Below are positions 11,041 through 24,536 of a stretch of 64,000 nt of DNA, one piece after another (positions within the stretch are counted from its first letter, which is position 1; every line of letters begins with the position of its first letter). This DNA is from Podarcis cretensis. Taxonomy: Eukaryota. The notes beneath the pieces are model-generated. The model was not told the DNA's origin and did no database searches. It saw nothing but the letters and a program-made list of their open reading frames with translations. A program made the translations under genes and the position numbers. The stretch covers positions 78,306,001-78,370,000 of the forward strand of contig OX638151.1 of the NCBI GenBank assembly GCA_951804945.1. Direction: 5' to 3'.

Positions 11041-13452
11041 TATATCCCCTGTAGTATAAAAGTTGCCTGAAGCAACAAAATACTTCTTTCAGTTTTCCAA
11101 ACATACATGCAATTCCCCCCCCCCAAAGCACAGTACATTTTGTCCTAATTTGCACCAAAAAACCGACTACTAAATATGTCTTAATGTGGCCCTGTTTAAA
11201 TAGAACATGCAACTTGTTTATTTTCATTTCAATTGCGTGTCCAGGCATTGTGCTCCCCAGTCCCCAACCTGCAGACAAATAAATGACCACATAGACTGGT
11301 TTGGATCGAAACAGGCCACAACTGTATTGAACGCAGATGAAAGAGGTTTGGCACGTAGGTCAATCCAGGCAGGGACTTCCTAAGAATTATATCAAATAGG
11401 GTAACCCCCGCGGGGACCGCCATCTGGCCCCACCATGGCACGTGGACATGGCCACTCCCCCCGGATCATTTTAACAGGATACGTTTGGAGGGGCAGGCAG
11501 AGACTACAACTTCCCCTCCATCCAAGACAAAGGATTGCTCCAATGCCCAACACAGTTGTGACAGTTGCTATGAGGTAGGCAAAACAAAGAATAGAAATAT
11601 ATTTGAAGCCTAACCAAGGCAGAGCGTACAAGATTAAAATAAATACTGTAGGACACATGCAAACGATAAACAAACATCCTGAAGTGCAAAAAGCTATATT
11701 TATGATAATCCCAATATATCTCCATTAGATCGGGGGGTCAGGCAGGGGGGCGGCGGCATGAGTGTTTTCAAACAGTACGTACAATATAAGTAAAAATGTG
11801 AAAGTCACAACATATCACTCCATTTGAAAATTCAAATAAAATAATTACAGGAGCCAGGTTTGAGGAGGAACATGGGGATTTTTTTATGTTGGCTAAGGGG
11901 GCGTGTGTTACAAAAGCTTGATAAATACTTCAGTAGAATAAGGCATGTCCAACTATATTTGATTAGTCTGGCTTTCATTTTCTTTCACCATTAAATAAAT
12001 GGACTTGTGCAGCATTGTGAAAGCTGCACTTTGCCCTTTCCATTCTTTTCTCCATCTCCCCTTATGCTGTAGAAATATTCCTTTGAAGACTAAACCTATT
12101 GAGTCATCATGTCTGTATATTAAAGTAAGCCTGATTAGGACTCATTTGTGCCATTAATAATTGGTAATAATCAATTGTCCAGAAAGATTACAGTACTAAA
12201 GAGGTTATCAAACATACGTTTGAATACTGAAAATCAGTATTTGCTTACAGAAATATTAAAAGTTATGTAGCAATTTACTAATGTTAAACGTATCAACCAC
12301 TGTGGCGGTTACATTTTAATAGTAACTAACTTTTGCACAATATTGCCAATTGTTATATGAATCTGACATTGCAGGCAGATAATTAGTGATTGGATAAGAC
12401 TTACTCACTATTCATCAATGCTTAACTATGATATGTATTTATGCATTTTTCCCCCTTCAGTAAAAATCCTGAAAAAGTCTTTTTCAAGCCTCAATTCAAA
12501 GAAATACACCAAACTTATTATGTTACATTAAAATATAAAAATTTTAATGTTTTTACTCTACTAGAAGTAAACATTTAGAATTTTTATTTAATTATGTTGG
12601 TCCCCAGTTTATTTTCCTGTCAAGCCTATTTCTAAACTAAATATCACACTTCAGACTAAGATATGAAATACAGAAAACTACATCTCAGGACAACTTGGGC
12701 TACTAATTTAGAATATGTGTTTGTGATTATTTTGTGTGAGATGTGTATTATATGCCTAAAGTTGTAATGCTCACTGCAACCTCAAAAAAATTTGCCATTT
12801 CGCAAGGTGCATCTGATATTCTGGTGGAGTCCCTCTTGCTGTGTTTTAATGATGTGGCACCTCACCAGAAGCATGTTTAAAATAGCAGCAACATGACTGT
12901 AAAGTGCACGTTGTATTTGTTTCCATCTGTATGTTGCTAGTGACAGGAGCTCGATGATTGTCAGTACCCTTGTCAGCAAGAGCATCCTGTGACATTAAAG
13001 TCACCAGCTCAGTCCTGATGCTGTGTGACTCTATTGGCAGTTCCATCAGGCTGCAGCCGATCAGTGAATGTCAGAGATTGCTGTACTTTTCTGGGATGTC
13101 ATCAGCCCTCTGTGTTTTTGGTGTGGCCTTGCTTGTTGTTTGAATTTGCCAGACTTCTAAGAGCTTTCCTAAGGGAAAGGAACTGATAGGTCATGGGAAT
13201 AAAGGTGTCTTCAGGGCATGCAAAACCACATCCAGAGTGACTTATTATATAAAGGCTTGTAATGATTACCTTGACTCTAAGCCAATCAATGGTTAGAGCA
13301 TCTGGGGACTCATTAAATGGCATTTGTGGTGTCTGTTACCTAGGTTTTGAGCTGAATTTCAGGGAAAGTGGTGACAGCCTTTAATGTCTAATTGACCCTT
13401 TCTCTTTGTGTTTGCTTTCTATATTTGCTTCTGATGTGTTCCCCAATGGCAG

Positions 13453-13524
13453 CAAACAGCACTGCTCAGCATTCTGAACTTCTGTTCAGATCTTCAGCAC
13501 CTCAGCCTGGGTAGCTGTGTAATG
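13453..13524 (+). CDS. FBXL4: FBXL4 72-bp coding exon ([24 protein letters not shown]), not in the ORF track
   Basis: Acceptor ggcAG (13451-13452), donor GTAAGT at 13525; in-frame LRR peptide linking ...TKVE to IEDYD... Confidence 0.93.
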
Positions 13525-14412
13525 GTAAGTTTTTAAAGCCCAGGCTCAGCGTATGTTATCAGAATTTAGACTTCCCAGCTCACTTACAGAAAAATCTAAC
13601 CGCTTGTTTTCATCCTTTCATCTAATACTTATGCACGTCTTATAAAAAGATAAAATAAATGTTTGCTTGAATTTACATCTGTCCATCTCCCAAGCTTCTA
13701 TTTCATCACTTGGGCTACTTTGTAGGAATTGCAGAAATCCTCTTGTGTATAGTCATAGGTGGGTAGAATTAATTTATGTATTTAGTTCAAGTCATGGAAC
13801 TCCCTATTGTGGTGTTTCCCATGTGATGATGTCGCTTGTCACGTGCGTGTGTATATTCAAATATATAACTTCCAGATTTTTAAACGTTCAGTTCCTTCTA
13901 CTTATGCACCTTTAGGATTATGAGCTAGATTGTGTATGATTATGAGTTGTATATTTCCCCCTCCCAAGCTCAAATTCTGATAATTATTCATCACATTCCA
14001 CTGCAGAAGCCGAAATCTGCCATGGAAAACCTTTTTGTGTGTGGAGTGGACATTATATAGTTTACATCCCAATCCTATTTCGCCCTCTGCTTTCCAGTGT
14101 CACACACAGCCAGATTGCAGCAGCCATGACTGCATTTTGAAAGTACTCCCCACCCCCCCCAAAAAAAAGTATAGGAAAAAATTATACAGTGTCATTGGTG
14201 ATTGGTCCATGATCTGCAGCTTCCCTGCTCCTATGTATCACAATTCTTCTGCAGAACAGACATTGTATTATTACTACTACTATTCCTTGATTTATATACC
14301 ACTTCCATGCCAAAATGGCTTCTAAGCAGTTTGCAAGTATAAAATCAATTATAAAGTGTCTGCACTTAATTCAAATACACAATAAAACAATTCTGTCAAA
14401 ACATTAAAAATG

Positions 14413-14413
<1 letters not shown>

Positions 14414-14445
<32 letters not shown>
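14414..14445. repeat. (TA)n microsatellite
   Basis: Direct reading. Confidence 0.95.
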
Positions 14446-14447
<2 letters not shown>

Positions 14448-14945
14448 ATTAAAATGTTATATGTATAAAACAAATCCATTAAAAAGCATAGCGGTTAAAG
14501 CAAAGCAGTTAAAAATAGGAGCATGCTTAATTTTGTGGCAGAGTAGTAAATATATACAGATAGTTTTATTTGAGTAATTATCCTCTATAGTTGAAGAATA
14601 TTCATGGTGCCACTCATGACTGACTCATAGCCTAAGTGACATTATCAAGATGGTTGCCACCCATATACTCTGCCATGAAACAGGTTTTTAAACATTGTGT
14701 TCCCTGAGTATATGGAATTGCTTCAATACAGAATTTACCACATGGTGTATCCCAAATAGTCACAGAATGAAGGTGAGGGGGTCCACCCATGACCTCTTGG
14801 CAAGCTGGCCATCCCTATTTAGGAGGCCTGGGCTACATGACCGGAAGTGTGTGAAGTTGCACAGAATAATTTTTGCAGGCTGCCTGTGGGTATTAAAGAG
14901 CATTTGCTTATAAACACGCTTGAAATTTGTGGTACTTGTGGCTAA

Positions 14946-15350
<405 letters not shown>

Positions 15351-16695
15351 TAGCCATCAAAACACTTGGATCTTCTTTAAATTGATTGATTGTATCAACA
15401 GCAGAAGATAAAGGTATGTGTTGTATAAAAGAAGATGTGGTCTTGAAAGTAAATACTGGGTTCATGATTCACATATAAAAAGTTTCTGTGAGAATGCTCT
15501 CACGGGCTCAAAGCATAATGGATTATGGGGTTAGACCAGTTTAATTCCAGATTCTTTGATTTACTGGATTGTGAAGCAGGCAGCAAATTTGTTTAATCGT
15601 TTATCCTTTGCTGCTAAAGGGACTAGTTTTCTGATGATTTCCTGAAAATGTTTTAACTGCAATTGCTGGTTTTCAAAAGCTCTTGGAATTTGAATAGCGT
15701 GTGACAGGATATATTTATAAAGTGTGAACCTTATGATCAGTTTCTTGCAGAGCACATAATAGAGTGCTCTGTTGGGCTTCTTTCTTCAAAAAGAAACCAA
15801 ATTTTTATTTTTTGAAAAAGAAATCAGCATAATTGTTCATTTCCTATTGCAATTGGTATAAGAGACTTTCGCCGCACACCCCCCCCCCAGTCCCAAATGC
15901 TTAAAACTTAAACTACAGCTTAAAACCATAGAAAGCTTTTGCTAGTCAAAATGAAAGCTTTTTCATGAAGGTTAAAAAGGAGTTGTTTTTATAGGTTACG
16001 CATCATGTTAACTATCTTAGCCAAAAGTACAATAATAATGGAAAGCTTTGTGTTCTGATACGCAGTCTTGAAATATCCATACTAAATAGTTCATATGAAT
16101 GTTCCTGTGTTTGTGGCATGTAAAGAGGAAGCCAAAAGAAGCTAATTCATTGACATATAAAATCAAAACACTAGTTCTGGGTATTCCAGGCCTAGAAAAA
16201 ATGCTGCTCCAGTATAATGTGGTAAGAAGGGAGTTGTTCATTTACACAAGTGTCATGCTGTGTGACTGCATAGACAGCAGGATTCTTCCATCTTTGCTGG
16301 TGTTACAGAAGCCCATCTATACAGATGGATTGATCTCAAACTTTCATACAGCAAAAGAAAACAATACACCAAACCCCTTGTATAAAGTTAAAATATACGC
16401 TTCCACCAATTTTTCCATGGCAGTGGTTAATAAAGCCTCCCCAGTTCTATGTGTTTCCTCAGAAATAAGTCCCATTGTGTTCAAGCGTGTGTTTAGGATT
16501 GAAGCCCGAGGCATTTTTCTATTTAGTCATGCTGTTTAGTATTCTAATAGAATATGGATTTAAAATTTTGTTTCCAAAGAAAGGACTCTTTTGCACATTT
16601 CAGGAGATCTATCAAGACCTTACTTTTTAGAACAGATATGGTTTGTTGGATTAGTGATGCTTTGGGTGTTTTCTAAGCTTACCTAAGTAAATCTT

Positions 16696-17275
16696 AGGTA
16701 AAGGTAAAGGGACCCCTGACCATTAGGTCCAGTCGCGGACAACTCTGGGGTTGCCGCGCTCATCTCGCTTTACAGTGGTGCCCCGCAAGACGAACGCCTC
16801 GCAAGACGGAAAACCCGCAAGACGAAAGTGTTTACCGTTTTGGAGGTGCTTCGCAAAACGAATTTCCCTATGGGCTTGCTTCGCAAGACAAAAATGTCTT
16901 GTGAGTTCCTGCGGGTTTCCCCCCCTTTCCCCCCTTTTCCTAAGCCGCTAAGCCACTTATCAGCTGATCCGCTGATAAGCCGCTTAACAGCTGATCGCTA
17001 AAAGCCGCTAAACCGCTAATAGCGCTAATCCGCTAAGCTGTCAATGGGCTTGCTTCGCAAGACGAAAAAACCGCTATACGAAGAGCTTCACGGAACGGAT
17101 TAATTTCGTCTTGCGAGGCACCACTGTATTAGCATACAGCTTCTGGGTCATGTGGCCAGCATGACTAAGCTGCTTCTGGCAAACCAGAGCAGTGCACGGA
17201 AATGAGCAGGGACCAAGCAACGGGCGCTCACCCCACCCCGACCTTCTGATCGGCAAGCCCTAGGCCAGTGTCCCA
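16696..17275 (-). mobile_element. Sauria SINE with internal deletions, split by a nested MITE
   Basis: Reverse-complement tail aggtaaaggtaaagggacccctgaccattaggtcc..., resuming after 17128 with cttctgggtcatgtggccagcatgactaagc...ccgaccttctgatcggcaagccctagg. Confidence 0.88.
16773..17126. mobile_element. pogo/Tigger-like MITE, family C (354 bp), nested in the SINE
   Basis: TA TSD (16771-72, 17127-28); TIR CAGTGGTGCCCCGCAAGACGAA / TTCGTCTTGCGAGGCACCACTG; repeated CGCAAGACG; internal (AGCCGCTA)-like minisatellite ~16942-17040. Confidence 0.92.
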
Positions 17276-19696
17276 TGGAAAATCTTGGGCTTTAACATAT
17301 TATTTTTATTCATCTTAAAATGTTTGTTGCAAGCTGCTGGTACTACTGAGGTGCTTGGGAGGCAGCCATGAGATATAAGTATTTTTTAAATTTTAAATTC
17401 CAAACTCTTCAAGGCTGAAGATGTCTTACAACAATTACTGAATCCATAAAAATGCAGATTGATTTGCCTTCACTACTTTTGCGTGCTTCAGTTCACTCCC
17501 ATCTCCCACACCTGTATGTACTTCCTTCTTGAGCTCAGTCTCTGCCTAAATCTCTGCAATCTCTTCCGTAGGGAGAACTTTAATCCCTTCTTTTGGAAAG
17601 TTAGTTTTGCCCCCTTTCCCATCTAGCTCCCTTGTTGGCACTAATAACAAAAAATCAAGAACAAAGATGTCACAGCAAAATGTTTAGTTTCTCTACTGTA
17701 GAAATTTTCATTCAGGAGTCAATGCAGTTACTGAATTTGAGAAGCACAGCTAAAAGGACTTACGTATTTGCAAGTCTGCAACTTGGTCACCCTGTTGGAT
17801 GATGTTGTTTTTCTTCGATCCACGAAGAAATGCCAGGTTTAGTGGACTGATTAAAGTATGAAAATGGGTAATATGTGAAAGTGGAATACATAGTTTTGTT
17901 CCTTGCCTGCAGGGCACCATATGCAGTGCCATTGTGTGATCACATAAACTGCAGCATATGTGTGGATTATGCTTAAATAAGGGCAAAGAACATGCTCCAG
18001 AAAAACAAACTCCCTTTTGATATTTTGACTGCAGCCAGGCAGCATAAAGTACAGCTTAGAAGAATGTGGTGGGTTTAAGCCATCTGTATGCACAATACAT
18101 CAGTTGCTATCCAAACTCGTTGAATTAAAATCTGTAATTCTAGGTAAGTTCACACAAATTTAAAAGCTCTATTTTCAAATATGTAAAACCACCCGGGCAT
18201 GAAAGGAGGAATAACAATGTGTTTCCCCCTTGTACAAGAATATTTCACTACCTCATACATGCTGTAACCCCCCCCCCCAAAAAAACCTCCCACATCTTCC
18301 TAGAATGCCAAAAGCTCCAACTGTCCCCTTCATGGCTGTCAAAATCATCAGCTTTCCTTGACAGTTTCAAAATGCAGTTACTCAGTTTCTGTACAGAAAT
18401 AAGCAGCACATTAAAAACATAGTCCCCTTTACAGAAAGGCATCTTGCGCCTGAATTTCTAAGAGCTTCCCTTCAAAAGGTCTCCACAGAACTCCCAGGCC
18501 ACTCTTTAACCCTTCCACCACCATTTCAATGCAGTATTCCCTGTCTTGGGAGCTGTCGGATTCCAAGAACATTTTAGAGAACAATCTGAAGATACTTGTT
18601 CTAACTTCTTTCCCCACCAGGTAGTAATCAATGCTAGTCCTACTCCTGTGCAAACCTACTGGAAGTTAATGGGCATGACTAGGGTTTATTCATTTCTGTG
18701 GGTCTACTCTGAATAGGACTTATCCAAATACAGCCCACTGTTCAGATTTTTGAATAGATATACACATGGTAAATAAAGCAAAGGAATGAAATTCTGCTTG
18801 TTGGCAACAAGGTGGTCTTAAGCACACCTTAACATGCCTGTATCAAATAATTTGTACAAGGAAAAAATTGACTGTTTTTATCTGTGATTATTTAAAACTA
18901 ATTGTGGGTAGGTAGCCCAATGAGAGCAACTATCAAAAATTCAGAACGAGTCCTGTGAAATGTTATATTAATACCTTTTGATGGTTAATGCCATGAAGCT
19001 TGGAGGAAAGTATATGATGTCTGATTTCTTTTGACCTGTTTGCTAAGTGATGTCCCTCTCTAAATATTCAGAAGAACACAGCAGGTGCATCTGGGGAGTT
19101 GTGGATGGAACACAGATTGACAAGGCATGCTTTTGTTTTAATTAAACCACATTTCTGCACACTGCAAAGATTGTGCAGAGCGTGTTTTGATTTCTGTAGT
19201 TAGTGCTTTGGGCTAGTCTTAACTGGGCCATTTTACTGATAGAAGACTTATTGAGTACGGTACATAGAACTGGTTTTCCAGTATGTGTCAGAGAGGATAA
19301 TAGGAAAGGAGGCAGTTAGTGTGAAACTAATGACTATTATGTGACTTTCTGCTAATTCCCCACCACCTCACATTTTATTCTACCTTTCTCAAAGAAGATG
19401 AGTAGCCCTTTTATCATTACAGCAACCTTATAAAGACCATCCAGTGAGCTTCAGGGGTGACCAAAGTCTTCTGGGTTCACTATGCCACACTGCCTTTTAA
19501 GCCTGTGTTTGGATGTCAGAGAGGCTTCAGTTTATACTATTGATTTGGATAAGGGAAAGCCCGCTTAAAATGAAATCTTTTTACTTACAATAAACATTGC
19601 ACTTCCTCACCTTCCCAATAGCACATTGTACTCTGTTTATTTATGTAACTTTCAACTGGTTTCTTTTCCCTTTTGTCCCCTCCCTTTCTTTTCTAG

Positions 19697-19860
19697 GCAC
19701 AAGAATGGTGAGCCCTGCTTCTTTAAGAAAATTGCTGGAGTCTTGCAAAGATCTTTCCTTACTTGACGTGTCCTTCTGTTCACAAATTGATAATAGAGTT
19801 GTCCTAGAACTGAATGCCAATTTTCCTAATGTGCTCATCAAGAAGAGTTTCACTCAGTGA
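19697..19860 (+). CDS. FBXL4: FBXL4 last coding exon ([17 protein letters not shown]...IKKSFTQ*)
   Basis: Long polypyrimidine tract plus ttctAG (19695-19696); stop TGA at 19858-19860; characteristic C-terminus KKSFTQ. Confidence 0.95.
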
Positions 19861-22130
19861 CTCACTTCATATGCTGCTATATGGAATTGATTTGACAATT
19901 CCGTTTCCTGTGAATTTGTGCTGACTTTTTTCAAAGAAAAATATTCTGTGAATAATGGGGAAAAGTTAACTCTTCTTGACATGAAGGTTAAACGTCAAAT
20001 CAAAGATTTAAAATGTGATAAGCCATTATTCCGTGTACAGTTTCCAGTTACTGTACTTCACAAGTGGACCTCCATATTTGAACTAGAAAGAATCATGTGA
20101 ATATAAGGTGGCATACATTTAAATGCATATTATGGATCATTCAAGACTGCTTGGATTTTAACAGTGAAATAAGCTTGTAGCAAAAACTAAGCAGGAAATA
20201 AAAGAGAGACCTCAATTTTTAAGTTTTAGCATTAGTCCTTTAAGTTGTCTCTCATTGCTTCTACCTTCATTCTTGCTACAAGAAAGTTCTATGGTCCCCA
20301 GGGACTGTAGGATTGCACCCTAATAAACTAAACTTTTAGTTACACATAAAAATCTGTGACCTTCTTAGTTAATCAAAGAGCTGACAGACACTAAAGATCC
20401 TGCATTACATGATACAAGTCCTATGGGTGTCTCTTGCTTTTAGGAATCCTAGCAACTTAAGCACTGGGCTATTGCCAGACTTCCTCATTGATGGTTTCTC
20501 TCTCCACTTACACTACTAGGTTGAGCCTAAGGATGGGGGAACCAGTGATGGTGCAGAAGAAAAGACTTTGAAAGACAAAGTAGATACAAAGCAAGCCAGG
20601 AGAAGTTGACCTATCACTAATTGTCAATCCTACATTTAGATATCTGATTTTCAGATGTACAGTTAAACTATTTCTGTAGCTATGTAAGAATCCCTTTCAA
20701 TTAGACAAAGACTTCCAAGTTTAAAAACACAAGTATTAATCTGATAGATTATGATTGAAACAATGATAATAAAATATTACAATTTAAGAGGAGACAAAGG
20801 AGAAACCCCATGCACGGATTCAACCTCGTTTTTTTCAGTTTCTGTATGTTTTATGCATCCAGCAAGCGCATCTCATTTGGATTTATTGCAAAGTGGGGGG
20901 GGGGGACACTTCATGTTATAGAGTCCCATATGATTGGAAGCTAAGGACCTTCCTTGATAGGATTTATTAGTGTAGCCGAAGCCATTACGAAAAACAAAAT
21001 TTGTAAAACATATTACACAGTTAAAACAATGATTTAAACCAGAACTGAAATCAGTAAGTGTGAGATGGTATAAAATAGTTGTATCTCTTTTATTTTAATG
21101 AGTCTTTAGCATGTGTAAATTTCTCTGGGTTGCATGCTTATTCTGCTGATGTTGCTTCTTATACAAAATAATACAGCAGGATTTCTATTCCAAGAAGTCT
21201 GCTGCAGCATTGAATAGTACCCAAAAACCCACTGAAATTTAAACTGAAAAAGGAGGGACTCTTGGAGAAGGACATGATTTCAACCAGAAATAAATCTCAG
21301 CTGTCAGTTCAGTCATAAATTAAGGCTCATATTTTTACTCAACTATTTTTACTAAAAATGGGCAGGTGGAACCACTTGATTCATTTCTACCACTTTTCTA
21401 CAAGCCTGCAGAAAATGCTAAGTGTGTCTTGGTCTGCACTCCTACACAGAGATCACCATTTTGGGGGGGGAATTGGAGATAGCAGGATTGCTTAGCTGAT
21501 GAAATCCTTGGTTGTGTCTCTTCCCCCAACCCTGTTGTGAGGTCAAGTATGTGGGTACACAATCATGTGTACCTGCCTATAGAGGAATGTTCCTGATATC
21601 CAAGAGGTATATAGAGATAACTACAGCATTCTTTGTGATCATGGTAGCTGGAGAATTTGTTGCCACAATCATGGAAATCGCCGCTGGCTGCTGTACGTGC
21701 TATGCAGCTGACATTAAAGTTCCTTCATGTGTTGGTTTACCAACATATATAGTCACACGTGGATACAATAAATACGCCATGCATGTGTGAACCAGGCTTT
21801 AAAACATTGTACTTTGCTGACAGATAGCTATCCTAAAGTTGTTCTGTAAAGATATTTTTTATTTTGCATTTTTAAAAATGTAACTTTATAAATTATATCC
21901 AGTGTAATTAAGAATTATATATGTACATACCTGTGACAGAAGAGTGCTTCTTTGGACTCTGTATATTTGCAGATGTTAACCTTCTAAAATAAGCCTTGTT
22001 TTATGTAGTTCAGGATATGCATGTTTATGTTTTCTTTGCAGTTAGATAAACACAGTTTTGTTTAAATATTGTTATCACTATAGTGTTTAAAACGTGTGCC
22101 TTCTGTTTTTACAATCAATAATATGTCTAA
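19861..22130 (+). other. FBXL4: Probable FBXL4 3' UTR (end uncertain)
   Basis: AATAAA at 20197, 20322, 20768, 21289 and 21767; U-rich sequence ~21850-22110. The site actually used cannot be read from sequence. Confidence 0.4.
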
Positions 22131-22765
22131 AGACAATGGATTATTTTCTTCATGAAAATTAGGCTAGGAATGCAAGACTTGTCCAAGAACAAATTAAACT
22201 CTTTATTCAGAGTTCCGCAGGCTTGTCAGATAATATTCACTGGTACCGTTCAAATGATTCGTAGACTGGCATTGACTGGAATGTTCAGAGAAGACTTAAG
22301 GGTGCCACCAGACTGCCACTATTTTGCTCAAGGGAACTTCGTGAAGCTAAAGTGGATTAAAAGGCTCTGTTGCCCTAGTGCAACATATCCACTGTAAAAA
22401 ATAGCAATAATCTGACATTTTGTAGCATGAAAAGTGACAAGGAAATGCAATGAAAGTGTAGGATGGTGCTTGTTATATAACTGCTCCTCAAACAAATCAG
22501 AATGAATTCACAGCAAAGATTAGATTCAGTCTAACCTCTGCATAAGCTTTGTGCAAGCAAACTAGGATGAATAAACAGGTGGTCTGGAGGTGACTTGAGG
22601 TTCAAATTAGATCCTACATTGGCTTCACATCTGTGCTCTTCTAAGTGTAGGTTTTTACAACTCAAATTGCCAGCACAGAAATCCTGGCTACACCCATGGA
22701 AGCCATCCATCTAAGATAACATTTATAAGCGTAGCCTAGAGGAATTTTACAACACAGTCAAACTG

Positions 22766-22766
<1 letters not shown>

Positions 22767-22799
<33 letters not shown>

Positions 22800-22800
22800 A
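22767..22800. repeat. (GATT)n microsatellite
   Basis: Direct reading. Confidence 0.9.
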
Positions 22801-23540
22801 TTAGGCAGCATCCCTTCTATCACTATTAGTTTTTTTAAAAAGACTAATTTGTCCATATTCTAACTCAAAAAAGAAAGGAAAAAGTATTCCGCATCCATTG
22901 AGGATAATGTTTTGCTTCAGAGTGTTGGAGAGTAGATAGTGGTTGTGGAGTGTTCGTGTATTTTCAGTTTGGTCCTATCCCATATAAAAGACCTAGTGCT
23001 TTAGATGAATTTTTTGAAATGAAAAAACATTAGGTCTTAAAGTAAAATATGGTGTTTGTAAAGAAGATTTTTTTCTGTAAATTTGAACACTCTAATGCTT
23101 ACAGAAATACAAGATTGGTTATTTTTGAAAGAAGTGCAATCACACCAGTATGGAATAAGAACTGCAAGAATTGAAGAAAAAATAAATTAGTTATCTTTTT
23201 ACTGGTCTGAAAACTAAAGGTTTAGACAGAGTGCTACCACAGCACATATTTTTCCTAGATCCTTCCCCAAATCCTTATGTTATATCCATTTCCCACAGAG
23301 CAATATGTTTTTAGATGAGAATGCCCATTACAGAGCTTCACCTATTTTCACCAAATGGAGAAAACCTTCATTAAAAATATTTTTTTAAAAAAAGTTTTAT
23401 GACATACAGTACAAGATAGCAGGGAACAGCTTTATTAGTATACACCATTTATTATCCCAAAAAGCTAGATGAGTGCTTTGGGGCTTAAGCGGTGCACTTA
23501 GCTTTGAACCTCTTTCTAAAAAGGACAAATGTCTCTAAAG

Positions 23541-24055
23541 CCGGATGGAGAACATTCTTGAGCTGGATGGCCACATTGCCTTCAAAGAACCTTATAGGAA
23601 CCTTTTAGAGGTGGGCAGAGTCAGGAGTGAAAGTGTGTGGAACAATGGAAGAGACTCTTACCATAGTTATATGTGGCGGAAATGTGGTCTACTGTAAGTC
23701 AGAAGTTTCTACCCACACATTTTTCATTTCTCTAGCCATGCAAGCAAGAGGCAGCATTTATGGTTCAGGGACACAGTTCACCTGGGCAAAAGCACTCTGT
23801 GAAGGACTGGAGAAGGGCTAGTGAGAGGCAGCATTTATGGTTCAGGGACACAGTTCACCTGGGCAAAAGCACTCTGTGAAGGACTGGAGAAGGGCTAGTG
23901 AGAGACAGCATTTATGGTTCAGGGACACAGTTCACCTGGGCAAAAGCACTCTGTGAAGGACTGGAGAAGGGCTAGTGAGAGACATGGCTTGGAGAGGGGA
24001 CGGGAGATGTCTGAAGACTGCATTTGGCCCCTGGATCAGAAGTTCCTCATCCCTG
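23541..24055. mobile_element. Old non-autonomous hAT-like element containing a tandem repeat
   Basis: Degenerate ends ccggatggagaac... / ...gcatttggcccctggatcagaagttcctcatccctg; no clean TSD. Confidence 0.5.
23747..23984. repeat. Tandem repeat, 3 x 77 bp, nearly perfect
   Basis: Unit agaggcagcatttatggttcagggacacagttcacctgggcaaaagcactctgtgaaggactggagaagggctagtg; gcagc/acagc recurs at 23751, 23828 and 23905. Confidence 0.95.
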
Positions 24056-24294
24056 TTTTGAGGAAGCCCAAATGCCACAGACACAAGGGAAAGGCATTTC
24101 ACGAGGAAGGGACAGAACGTAGGAGCAGCCACTGTCTTTTTCTTGCTTACGTGATTCTCTACTCCCCATCACCAGAAATGGTAGACCTCAGACGATATGC
24201 CTCAGAAGGAGGCTTCTTGACTGCGGCTGCACTCACATGATTGTTTATTCCATTCTCACAACTTTTCTCTGGCTGTTAGGTTATGCATTATATA

Positions 24295-24536
24295 CAGTGG
24301 TACCTCAGGTTACATACACCTCAGGTTACATACGCTTCAGGTTACAGACTCCACCAACCCAGAAATAGTACCTCGGGTTAAGAACTTTGCTTCAGGATGA
24401 GAACAGAAATCGTGCTCTGGCGGTGCGGCAGCAGCAGGAGGCCCCATTAGCTAAAGTGGTGCTTCAGGTTAAGAACAGTTTCAGGTTAAGAACGGACCTC
24501 CGGAACGAATTAAGTACTTAACCCGAGGTACCACTG
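24295..24536. mobile_element. pogo/Tigger-like MITE, family A copy 2 (242 bp, inverted relative to 10799-11040)
   Basis: TA TSD; same TIRs; reverse complement aligns to copy 1 without gaps, roughly 90-95% identical by eye. Confidence 0.92.

Noticed and set aside
11392-11673. 93-aa hydrophobic, membrane-protein-like ORF on the - strand
   Set aside because: Lies in a probable repeat-derived intronic segment; T-rich composition explains the hydrophobicity; no family recognised
23747-23984. Possible CRISPR-like array
   Set aside because: Contiguous identical units with no unique spacers, eukaryotic context, no cas genes
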